DNA from: Bacillota bacterium
GTDB taxonomy: Bacteria; Bacillota; Sulfobacillia; RBS10-35; JAJYVN01
Assembly: GCA_021791995.1 (NCBI GenBank)
Contig: JAJYVN010000002.1
Span: 1 to 47,644 of the forward strand
Direction: 5' to 3'
DNA: 47,644 nt
This document shows positions 31,561-39,534 of the stretch, piece after piece. Positions within the stretch are counted from its first letter, which is position 1, and the number at the start of each line of letters is the position of its first letter. The position numbers were made by a program, and so were the translations under genes. The notes under the pieces are model-generated. The model ran no database searches, was not told the origin of the DNA, and was given only the letters and a program-made list of their open reading frames with translations.

Positions 31561-32255
31561 GCGCGCCGCCTCCCCTTACCAATCACCGGCTTACCGAACA
31601 GATACCCCTGGCCGAAGGGAACGCCGATCCGCCGGAGGGTGGCCGCCTCCCCGGCGACTTCCACGCCTTCCGCGATCAGGTGCGCGCCAATGTCCGAAGC
31701 GTATTGCGCAAGCACCCCGAGCATCGCGGCCTTCTGCGGATCACGGTGACACCCGTCGACGATGGACCGATCTACCTTGATGTAGGCAGGGTGCATCCTC
31801 ACAAGCGCCCCCAAGTTGGCCTGACCGGAACCTACATCGTCCACCGCGTAGGAAATCCCCGCCTCTTCGAGACCGTGCACAAGGCTGTCCGGAATCCGGG
31901 CGGCTTCGCTCAATTCGACCACGACCCGTTCGTGGTGCCTCCACCGGTCCACGACGCCAGCCGAGCGTGGATCGGCGTTCACGAACAACAGCCCATCGGT
32001 CCTGGGCAGGTCGGCGCACAGCTGCGCCACCAAGTCCTCCAGCGACTCGAGAACCCCAGTTCGCGTCGCTTCGCTCCACAGATCCGTCGGGTCCAACTCC
32101 GGGTGGCGCTCGATCCGGAACAGAGCCTCGTGACCGATGACGACCTTCGAGTCGAGGTTGATGATCGGCTGAAGAGCCATGCGCGATCGGAGCCTGCCGT
32201 TGAGAACGGCGTACAACATACCGGCAATCTCCAAAGAAGCCATCCTAGACGCCAT
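31557..32255 (-). CDS. EAL-domain c-di-GMP phosphodiesterase, stand-alone (232 aa)
   Basis: Signature blocks are intact: GHEALFRI, LFVNADP, VVELSEA, YAVDDVGSG, IKVDRS, IAEGVE, GQGYLFGKP. I prefer ATG 32255, 5 nt after AGGGGGAAG (the track start is 32294). Confidence 0.85.
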   Translation of the reverse strand: MASRMASLEIAGMLYAVLNGRLRSRMALQPIINLDSKVVIGHEALFRIERHPELDPTDLWSEATRTGVLESLEDLVAQLCADLPRTDGLLFVNADPRSAGVVDRWRHHERVVVELSEAARIPDSLVHGLEEAGISYAVDDVGSGQANLGALVRMHPAYIKVDRSIVDGCHRDPQKAAMLGVLAQYASDIGAHLIAEGVEVAGEAATLRRIGVPFGQGYLFGKPVIGKGRRRA

Positions 32256-32499
32256 CGTCGCTTCCCCCTGCCGTGGCGAACTCCCAACGTACAACCCCGA
32301 ACCGGATCACCCGGAACCAAGCCGAGAGGCGCACCGGCTGCTGGTCGGCCCAGCGCGGTGTCGAAGTGCCATGCACGATCACCCGGCCAGACGTCATGCC
32401 ACGCGCAACGGCGACCCGTCGTGCCGCGACTTGCGGATCCTCGGTCCCAACACGGATCTCTACGTCTCCCTCGGACTCGCTCAGCGTCGCGGCCCTCAT
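32245..32499 (-). CDS. Hypothetical protein (84 aa)
   Basis: ATG 32499 is 8 nt after TGGAGG. The gene overlaps the EAL start by 11 nt. No motif recognised. Confidence 0.45.
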   Translation of the reverse strand: MRAATLSESEGDVEIRVGTEDPQVAARRVAVARGMTSGRVIVHGTSTPRWADQQPVRLSAWFRVIRFGVVRWEFATAGGSDDGV

Positions 32500-32732
32500 T
32501 GCTACCGCCTCCAGTTCATGCGCACAAAAAGGGGCGCGGCTCTTCACCACGCCCGAGACGTCAGATCGTACCGCACAACCACGCTTCGGCCGGCTAGCAA
32601 ACGCGGGACCCCGGTTGGCCGGCCTCAAGAATTGCGCTCAGGACGCCGCTTCGGGCCTGCGCGTGCATTGTGGGTGGCTATGGGCAGCTCTGGTTTCCAA
32701 GGCCGTCCGAGCAGCGACGGTGCGGCCGGTGT

Positions 32733-33998
32733 CTAGGTACTCGCTGTATTTCGCACAGACCGGTGTGCGCGCAGTGAGATGGTCACGACCAAACTTGACC
32801 CAAGGAGGACCGCAGCCAGGATGAAGAAAGCGCCGCGCGGTGCAAGCACAGCCGATGCCCAGCCCACGGCGAGCCCTCCTAGGGCGTAGCCGCCGTCGCG
32901 CCACATTCGGTAGACCCCGAGTGCCGTAGCACGCCACGCCGGCTCAGTCGCATCGCTAACCGCGGCTAGGAGAACCGGATAGACCAGAGATGTGCCAAGC
33001 CCCATAGCCATGGCGGCGGCGAGCCAGGCGGCCGTGCTGTGTGCGAACCCGGCACCGGCGAGTCCCGCCGCGTTGAGTACCAGTCCCCCGACGATGGGGT
33101 GCTTCCGCCCGATGTGATCGCTCAAGACTCCAGTGCCCAGTTGCGCGACCCCCCAGGTCGCGGCATACAACCCGGCGACAAGCCCGATCGCTGCGGATCC
33201 AAATCCCTGGCGAGCCATAACCAGTGGCACGAGAGCCCACATGGCGGTATCGCTAAACTTGTTCAACATGCCTGCCTGATTGCAGGCAAACAACCTGCGA
33301 TCCGCCCACGTGACCCTCCAGAAGATGTGGCCAAGCGTTGGTACGGCTAGCGCTCCAGTGATTCCAGTTTCCCTTCCCTCCAATCGCGCGAACGGCAGAG
33401 TCTCCCGGATGAATATCAGGGGAATGAGCAGGCCCGCCACCGTGTATGCGGCAGCCAATAGGAGTGGTGTAGGCCGAAGTCCGAAGCGGGCGGCAAGAAG
33501 GCCGCTGACCGCCGTGGCCATCGCCACCCCCAAGTAGCCGGTAAACTCGTTGATACCCAGGGCCAAGCCGCGGTGGTTGGGACCGACGAGATCGATCTTG
33601 CTGGTAACCGTCATCGACCATGCGAGGCCCTGGTTGGCGCCGAGGAGCAAATTGGCCACCACCACAAGCCACCAACCGGACGCGAAGATGAGCAGCCAGG
33701 GAACCGGAAGGCCCAGGATCCAGCCCGCGATGAGCACCGGCCGCCGGCCGAATCGATCAGCCAGACGGCCGGCCACCAGATTGAGTGGGCCCTTGACCGC
33801 TCCGAAGGCAACGATGAACGACAGGAGCACGACCAGAGAGCTGACGTGGAAGACCTGCCTACCGAGCAGCGGTACCAGCGTACGCTCGCTGCCGATGAGC
33901 ATACCCACGAAGGCGTTATCGACCGCAAGCAAGACGAATTGCCCGAAGTTCTCTCGCAGCCCGAGTCGTGGCGCCCTGATCGGGCGTGCCAAGGACAC
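32733..33998 (-). CDS. MFS transporter (about 421 aa)
   Basis: About 12 hydrophobic segments and the MFS loop motif GRLADRFGRRPVL. I prefer GTG 33998, 5 nt after GGAGGTGA (the track uses TTG 34013). Confidence 0.85.
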   Translation of the reverse strand: MSLARPIRAPRLGLRENFGQFVLLAVDNAFVGMLIGSERTLVPLLGRQVFHVSSLVVLLSFIVAFGAVKGPLNLVAGRLADRFGRRPVLIAGWILGLPVPWLLIFASGWWLVVVANLLLGANQGLAWSMTVTSKIDLVGPNHRGLALGINEFTGYLGVAMATAVSGLLAARFGLRPTPLLLAAAYTVAGLLIPLIFIRETLPFARLEGRETGITGALAVPTLGHIFWRVTWADRRLFACNQAGMLNKFSDTAMWALVPLVMARQGFGSAAIGLVAGLYAATWGVAQLGTGVLSDHIGRKHPIVGGLVLNAAGLAGAGFAHSTAAWLAAAMAMGLGTSLVYPVLLAAVSDATEPAWRATALGVYRMWRDGGYALGGLAVGWASAVLAPRGAFFILAAVLLGSSLVVTISLRAHRSVRNTAST

Positions 33999-34094
33999 CT
34001 CGCTCACCTCCAAATGGCAGCAGGCCGACTCCCCCTACGCCCCCTGGCGGGGAGAGCGGCCCGCAGCATCTTTCCCCCGGTTGGCGACGCGGTG

Positions 34095-34544
34095 TTAGCC
34101 CCTGCTGGTCAACGCCAACTCGGAGAAGTAGGCAGTGAAGGCACATACGAAGCCCACGGCCATGACAAGCGACGCGCCGTTTTGCTGCCCACCCATGAGG
34201 AAGGAGACGCCGCCGTACCCGGCGACCAGGACGAACACGAGGCCCGTTGCTGCCAGCGGCAAGGCCACCGCCCGCATCGGGGACGACGAAGCCGCGACGA
34301 CCTGGACGATGCCAAGAGGTACCAGCGCCATGCCCAGAAGCATGTGGACCCAGAGCGCCGGATCGAAGGCAACCGCCATCATGCCCCCCATCCCGGGCAT
34401 CATGCCAGCCGAGCCGCCACCGAAGTTGAGCTTTGGCACCGTCACGTACAGGTTGATGTACATGCCTAGTACAAACTGGGTGAGCAGCGCACTGATCATT
34501 ACCACGGCCGTCAGTCTCGCCGGAACGGCTGCCGCCACAGGCAC
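34095..34544 (-). CDS. Small integral membrane protein (about 149 aa)
   Basis: Four hydrophobic helices and a Gly/Met-rich loop (GGGSAGMMPGMGGMM). The long track ORF overlaps the SQR-like gene. The start is near GTG 34544 or ATG 34499. Confidence 0.55.
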   Translation of the reverse strand: MPVAAAVPARLTAVVMISALLTQFVLGMYINLYVTVPKLNFGGGSAGMMPGMGGMMAVAFDPALWVHMLLGMALVPLGIVQVVAASSSPMRAVALPLAATGLVFVLVAGYGGVSFLMGGQQNGASLVMAVGFVCAFTAYFSELALTSRG

Positions 34545-34650
34545 TACCGGTCCCCCCCAACCCTTACCGTTCCCGATGTCCCTCCTGGTGAACGTGCCGG
34601 CGTTGGGCAATAACTCGTGCCTGCGTGCTACCCAACCACCTTGGCGATGG

Positions 34651-35805
34651 TCAGAAGTACCGTTGCCACCAGGCACGTTCGAACGCGACCTTGGCCGCGT
34701 GCCAGTGGCGTCCAGGCCGGTACAAGCGCACATCGGGCCTCGGCTCCGCGTAGAAATTCCCTCGCGCAAAGGCGGCCACCCCACCGCCGAGTTCGAGGAA
34801 ACACTCGCCGTGCCCGGTAAAGGTTCGCTCCGCACCCTGGCCCAACAAGCGGGCGGCAACAGTATGCGCGACGGCTTCGGCCTGCGCGTGGGCAAACACG
34901 CCCGCCTTGGGCAAGGGCTTACCCATCACGAGCGGGATGCCCGTGGCGTCGCCGATAGCGAACACGTTCGAGTGGGGCGTTTCGCAGGTTGCGCGATCGA
35001 CCGTCACCCATCCTCCCTCTGGCGCCAACCCAGCCTCTTGTAGCACGGTCGGCACCCGGTGGGGCGGAACCGCCGCCAGTAGGCTGTAGTCGGCCTCCTC
35101 GCCCGACTCGAATCGCAACCGCTGACTGGCAGGATCCACCGACAGCACGCGCTCGTTCGGACGGTAGGCAATCTCGCGGGCGGCCATCAGGTCCACGACG
35201 GCACCGGACACCGTCGGACCTGCTACCGCCATCGGAGCGGCCTCCGCCGCGTAGACAGCAACCTCGACCGACTGGCGCAGGTGGTGCTTGCGCAAATAGT
35301 GATCGATCAGAAACGCTGCTTCATAGGGCGCCGCAGGGCACTTGAACGGGGTCTGGGCGATCAACACGACGATGCGACCTCCCCGGACGCCCTGCAAGGC
35401 AGCGTAGAGGCGCTCGGCTCCGTCGGTGGTGAAGAAGTTGAAGCCCGACTCGGCGAGCCCTGATACGTGTTCTGGGACCAGCTCCGCTCCCAAGGCGATG
35501 ACCACGGCGTCTGCGCAGATGGTACGATCACCGACCACGACGGCCCTCTCACTCGGGTCGATGGCCGCAATCGTCCCCTGAACCACCTCGATGCCCCGCC
35601 GTTCAAGGGGCGCGAAGTCGCGTGCCACGTCCTTGGCCTTGCGGGTTCCGGTCATGAGCCACAGGAGCGAAGGCCAAAAGACGTGGTGACCTGAGCGCTC
35701 TATCAAGATCACGCGGTGCTCGGCGGGCAGGAGCTTTCGAAGCTCCGTGGCCGCCACCACGCCGCCGATACCGCCCCCCAGCACCAAGACCGTGCGCACT
35801 GCCAT
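34651..35805 (-). CDS. FAD-dependent pyridine nucleotide-disulfide oxidoreductase, sulfide:quinone oxidoreductase-like (384 aa)
   Basis: Rossmann N-terminus VLVLGGGIGGVVAATEL. ATG follows GGGAAGGGAG. Context is DsrE-like and ArsR-rhodanese genes. Confidence 0.75.
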   Translation of the reverse strand: MAVRTVLVLGGGIGGVVAATELRKLLPAEHRVILIERSGHHVFWPSLLWLMTGTRKAKDVARDFAPLERRGIEVVQGTIAAIDPSERAVVVGDRTICADAVVIALGAELVPEHVSGLAESGFNFFTTDGAERLYAALQGVRGGRIVVLIAQTPFKCPAAPYEAAFLIDHYLRKHHLRQSVEVAVYAAEAAPMAVAGPTVSGAVVDLMAAREIAYRPNERVLSVDPASQRLRFESGEEADYSLLAAVPPHRVPTVLQEAGLAPEGGWVTVDRATCETPHSNVFAIGDATGIPLVMGKPLPKAGVFAHAQAEAVAHTVAARLLGQGAERTFTGHGECFLELGGGVAAFARGNFYAEPRPDVRLYRPGRHWHAAKVAFERAWWQRYF

Positions 35806-35837
35806 CGCTTACGCTCCCTTCCCAGTAGCCCAACGGG

Positions 35838-36188
35838 TCAGTACACGACGACTCGGTCGGCCCAAAGGGTCCAGTCGGTCAGCTCCTCCATGGAGCTGCG
35901 ATGTACGCCATCTGCAAGCTCCGACTCGGCTAGGCCACGGGCGTCCATGCAACTCCCGCAAGCCCCGACGGTGCTTCCGCGGCGGACCGCCACCTGGAGC
36001 ATGCGTTCCAGGTTGTAGTAACCGTTCGGGGTCTTCTGGCCCTCCTTGGCACACAGGGTCGCATCCGCCATGAGGAAGATCCGCACCGTCACGCCCTCTC
36101 TCTCAGCCAAGGCGTTGGCATGGCGCAAGCCGTTGTAGGAGCGCTCTGTGCCGTACGGCGGATCGTTCAGGATGACGAGAACATTCAT
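35838..36188 (-). CDS. DsrE/DsrF/TusD-like sulfur-relay protein (116 aa)
   Basis: Starts MNVLVILNDPPYGTERSYNGLRHANAL, with ...VGACGSCMDARG later. ATG follows AGGAGGGG. Confidence 0.7.
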   Translation of the reverse strand: MNVLVILNDPPYGTERSYNGLRHANALAEREGVTVRIFLMADATLCAKEGQKTPNGYYNLERMLQVAVRRGSTVGACGSCMDARGLAESELADGVHRSSMEELTDWTLWADRVVVY

Positions 36189-36223
36189 GGTCGCCCCTCC
36201 TGTCGAGTGGTATCTGCTGACGG

Positions 36224-36853
36224 CTAGGCTCCCCCTTCGGTCCCGGCGGCCACGGGAAGCCCAAGAACCCGCCAGTCGGTGATTCCATCCTCCAAACGCG
36301 TGGCACGCAACCCCCGTGCCCTGAGCCGCTCCACCGCCTCGATGGCAAGGACGCAGTAAGGGCCTCGGCAGTATGCCACGATCTCGCCGCCGGAAGAGAG
36401 CTCCGTCAAACGCTGCTCCAACTCAGGCAGAGGTACCGAACGCGCACCAGGGATGTGCCCCGCTAGGTACTCATCGTGGGGTCGGACGTCGATAACAGTG
36501 ACCGCGCCGTCCAGCACCTGTCGCCGGAGAGCGTCCCGATCCACCGGCACCATCCCCTCGCGGCCGGAGAGAAATCGCTGCGTGATGCGCTCCAGGTCCG
36601 GAAGGTAGTGCTCGGCGCACAAGCGCAGCCCGCGGAGAAAGTCTGGGACGGCTTCGTCCGCCACCTCATAGACGACGTAGGTGCCTTCCTTGTGGGACAT
36701 GACGAGCTTTGCCTCTCTAAGCGCCTTCAGGTGCTGAGAAGCGTTGGTCACGCTGAGGCCGGCCTCGGTGGCCAGTCGCTCGACGGTCTTGGGCGCTTGG
36801 CACAGGAGGTCCAGAAGTTCAAGTCGGTGCGGGTTCGAGAGCGCCTGGCCCAT
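36224..36853 (-). CDS. ArsR/SmtB-family regulator fused to a rhodanese domain (209 aa or slightly longer)
   Basis: HTH block LSNPHRLELLDLLCQAPKTVERLATEAGLSVTNASQHLKALREAKLV. Rhodanese block VIDVRPHDEYLAGHIPGARSVP...IVAYCRGPYC. The frame stays open upstream to a strong SD (GGGAGGGG, 36909-36916) with only ATT/ATA codons in frame, so the N-terminus may be longer. Confidence 0.8.
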   Translation of the reverse strand: MGQALSNPHRLELLDLLCQAPKTVERLATEAGLSVTNASQHLKALREAKLVMSHKEGTYVVYEVADEAVPDFLRGLRLCAEHYLPDLERITQRFLSGREGMVPVDRDALRRQVLDGAVTVIDVRPHDEYLAGHIPGARSVPLPELEQRLTELSSGGEIVAYCRGPYCVLAIEAVERLRARGLRATRLEDGITDWRVLGLPVAAGTEGGA

Positions 36854-36918
36854 TCGGCTGATCTGACCGTATACCTCGTTCTTAAACCGGCGGTGCGGTG
36901 TTATACGAATCCCCTCCC

Positions 36919-36960
36919 TTCTGTCTAATTCTATATACTTCCGTTCTGTCTTATTCTATA
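36919..36960. promoter_or_regulatory. AT-rich 17-bp direct repeat TTCTGTCT(A/T)ATTCTATA x2 (36919-36935, 36944-36960), candidate operator/promoter
   Basis: 16 of 17 positions are identical and the period is 25 bp. Each copy reads TATAGAAT on the coding strand (-10-like). It lies 66-107 bp upstream of the ArsR-rhodanese ATG. Confidence 0.5.
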
Positions 36961-37004
36961 AACTTTTGAACCCTCCTGCGCGGTCAAGGCATCACCGGGG
37001 GTTG

Positions 37005-37043
37005 ACAAATAAAGGGGCCGGGCTGCGCGCCGCACAGCCCGGC
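37005..37043 (-). terminator. Rho-independent terminator after the Met-rich lipoprotein gene
   Basis: The minus strand reads GCCGGGCTG-tgcggcgcg-CAGCCCGGC followed by CCCTTTATTTG. Confidence 0.65.
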
Positions 37044-37071
37044 GTGGCCCGTGGCCCGTGGCCCGTGGCCC
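37044..37071. repeat. Tandem heptamer (GTGGCCC)x4
   Basis: Four perfect head-to-tail copies between the lipoprotein stop and its terminator hairpin. Confidence 0.9.
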
Positions 37072-37087
37072 TCCTCGGTGTAAGCGC

Positions 37088-37651
37088 TTAGCCGCCCGAC
37101 GTTCCGGTCCTATTCCCTGCGGTGCCGGCCCCGGTCCCGGTCGGCGGGGTCCACGTTCCTTGTATAAACTGATCGATCTGCTTGCTCGCCTGCGCGATGA
37201 GCGCGGCCTTCAGCCCACTCACCGACTTGCCGTTCGCCTGCGCAATCTGCGCTAGGCTCCGCCCATTGCGCATGTCGGTCATGAGCTGCGTGGTGGAGAT
37301 GCCCAGGTAGCTGGCCGCAGCGCTCAGCATCGGCCGCATGGCTCCGCGCGCGCCCATGCCCATCCCCGTGCCGCCGCCCATGCCCATGTTGCTACCCATG
37401 GTCGTGCCACCGCCCATACCCGTGCCGTTTCCCATCGCCGTGCGGTTCCTCATGCCCATGCCGTTCCTCATGCCTTGGCCCATTCTCCCTGCCGCACCTT
37501 CGCCGCTCGGCCGACCCTGGGTACCGGGCATGCCTTGACCAGGGTTCTTCATTGGTGTGCCTGCGCCGCCGACCCCGCAACCAGCCACCCCAAAGACAAC
37601 AAGGGTGGATACCAATGCCGGAAGGAACCACCGACGCGTGCATATCGCCAT
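37088..37651 (-). CDS. Met/Gly-rich lipoprotein, possible Cu(I)-binding (187 aa)
   Basis: Signal peptide with a lipobox (LVVFGVAGC). About 90 aa of MG-rich repeats (GMRNGMGMRNRTAMGNGTGMGGGTTMGSNMGMGGGTGMGMG). ATG follows AGGGGAGGA. Confidence 0.75.
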   Translation of the reverse strand: MAICTRRWFLPALVSTLVVFGVAGCGVGGAGTPMKNPGQGMPGTQGRPSGEGAAGRMGQGMRNGMGMRNRTAMGNGTGMGGGTTMGSNMGMGGGTGMGMGARGAMRPMLSAAASYLGISTTQLMTDMRNGRSLAQIAQANGKSVSGLKAALIAQASKQIDQFIQGTWTPPTGTGAGTAGNRTGTSGG

Positions 37652-37777
37652 GATCGCGTCCTCCCCTGTTGAAGATCGGGCGTAGTTTCCCCGGATCCCT
37701 TAGGGTACGAACGCGAAGGCGGTTGCCAAATAGAGGCACCATCAAGTAAGGGTCGGTCCCCACCGGCAGGCTGACGC

Positions 37778-38125
37778 TCAACCGGCCAATTCGAAGCCCA
37801 CTTCGTTGCCAGCCGCCCGTGGTATGAACACCCAAGTCTCCGATGCCACAGCGCCCGAGGTAGCCACGAGCGGCCACACGAGAACCCGGCCACAGACGCT
37901 CGCCGCCAGCCGACCGCGGTTGCTGCGCCCATGGCGACCAAGAGCAGGACCTCTAGCGGGCCCACGGCGTTGGTAAAGAACGACTCGGTGACCATCATCT
38001 CCTGGCCCAGGAAGTCGCGGCAGATGACCGGGTTGAAGGCGCCCTAGAGGACGGAACATGCGGTGGTCAAGCACGTTGTTGAGACGAAGGGCTAATTCCT
38101 TGGACAAGTGAGGGCCGTACTGGAC
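37778..38125 (-). pseudogene. Internal fragment of a ccmF paralog with frameshifts
   Basis: FNPVICRDFLGQEMMVTESFFTNAVGPLEVLLLVAMGAATAVGWRRA aligns by eye with FPIVSRDFLGQEMTVTESFFTSAVGPFATLILVTMGMSTAIGWRRT of the ccmF gene at 45617+. The flanking pieces (SKELALRLNN; RVLVWPLVA) are in another frame. No N- or C-terminal parts are present. Confidence 0.7.
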
Positions 38126-38138
38126 ACCAGACTTGCAT

Positions 38139-39323
38139 TCACACGATACCCTTGCTACGTCGACCCTTGCGCAGGCCCTCCTCGCGTGTATGCGCCAGAG
38201 CGTTTGCCAGCAACGACTTGACCGACAAAACGCCGGCGTACTCCCAGAGAATCCGGCCCTGGGGCGAGACAAGGGCCATGGTCGGCAGTTCGGTCACCCC
38301 AAAACGATCGAACACGGCACCGGTGTTGTCGAGGGCCACCGGGTAGTTGATCTTGTGAGATATGAGATAGGAGCGGACGGCCGACGTGGACGGCTCCGTC
38401 AGTCTGAGGTCGACGGCAACCAGGGGCGGCAAGCTAGGATAGGAATGCTGGCGTCGGACGTAGGCCTGTAGTGTTGAAATCTCCGTCTGGCACGCGTGGC
38501 ACCAGGTGGCGAAGAAGTCGACCAGTGTGGCCTTTCCCTCGGGAACCGCCACCTGCGCGGGACGCCCACCCACGAGCCCGCTCAGGCGGAAGGCCACGTT
38601 TTGGGGCACCGGACCCGGATGAGCGTTGACCAGACGGGTGCCAGGATTGGGCAGTTTCGCCGGCTCGTCCAGAGAGCGCGACACATACTCCGCGAGGACG
38701 TACGCCTGGTCAGGGATGTTGCGTCGGGCACCAGTCGTCAGGAACACCCGGACCCCGCGCCCGTGCGGGTCGATCACGAAGATGCCCGGCGTATGGGTCA
38801 CCTGTCCCCGGATCACATCCGCCTGGATGCCATACGCCTGCCAAATCGGTCGTAGCTGCGACACAGGGCCTGTCAGAAAGAGCCAGCGGTGCAGCATGCC
38901 GTGCTGAATCGACCATCGGCGAACATCCGTGACGGAAGTCGCGGCCGGGTTCGAGTTGACGGCCACCAACTGAACCCGATCAGCAGCGGGTCCCAGAAGG
39001 CGTATCGCATCGACCAGGGTCTGAGCGGTGAGGGGACAGACGGTCGTGCAGCGGCTGTCGATGAATGCGAGGACCACGGTCTTGCCTCGCAGGCCGCTGA
39101 GGGTGATCAGGCGGCCGAACTGATCCCACAACCGGAAGTTCGCCGCAGGGCGGTTTCCCAAAGATGCGCCCGGGTCGACCCCGTACCGCGCTCCCGGTAC
39201 CGTGATCGGCCCTTGGCCAAGACTGTCCGTGCTGTGCCAAAGACCGATGCCGGCTGTTACGGTGAGTGTCACGGCAACGGCCCCAAGGACCCACCGGAGA
39301 TCACGCCTTGGCCTTGGGTCCAC
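38139..39323 (-). CDS. SCO1/SenC-like domain fused to a TlpA/ResA-like thioredoxin domain, membrane-anchored (394 aa)
   Basis: The SCO motif is FIDSRCTTVCP with a downstream VTHTPGIFVIDPHG. The second domain has ATLVDFFATWCHACQ (WCxxC). There is an N-terminal TM helix. GTG follows GGGGGGAG. Confidence 0.8.
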   Translation of the reverse strand: MDPRPRRDLRWVLGAVAVTLTVTAGIGLWHSTDSLGQGPITVPGARYGVDPGASLGNRPAANFRLWDQFGRLITLSGLRGKTVVLAFIDSRCTTVCPLTAQTLVDAIRLLGPAADRVQLVAVNSNPAATSVTDVRRWSIQHGMLHRWLFLTGPVSQLRPIWQAYGIQADVIRGQVTHTPGIFVIDPHGRGVRVFLTTGARRNIPDQAYVLAEYVSRSLDEPAKLPNPGTRLVNAHPGPVPQNVAFRLSGLVGGRPAQVAVPEGKATLVDFFATWCHACQTEISTLQAYVRRQHSYPSLPPLVAVDLRLTEPSTSAVRSYLISHKINYPVALDNTGAVFDRFGVTELPTMALVSPQGRILWEYAGVLSVKSLLANALAHTREEGLRKGRRSKGIV

Positions 39324-39534
39324 GAGGCTCCCCCCAGTCCTGGTGTGGGCTTACCAAGTCGAGACTTTCAGCCATCCGGATCCCCGTACGATACTTGGCC
39401 GCCCCCGTTCTGACGCCGTCTATGACCAAAGTGGGGCAAGCGGCGCCGATGCACTCTATCGAGCCGCATCCGACGAGACGGCTCTCTCACAGCCTTCCCG
39501 CAGCGGACGAGTGCCCGCCTCCGGCCATGGTCAC

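Noticed and set aside
32245-32499. The 84-aa ORF upstream of EAL as a PilZ c-di-GMP receptor.
   Set aside because: Neither RxxxR nor (D/N)xSxxG is present in register (RRVAVAR, MTSGRV). Only the genomic context suggested it.
32500-32732. Element/chromosome junction or att site between the EAL operon and the MFS gene.
   Set aside because: Gene content changes character here. However, I found no integrase, no tRNA and no direct repeat matching the left part of the window. The whole window could equally belong to one large plasmid.
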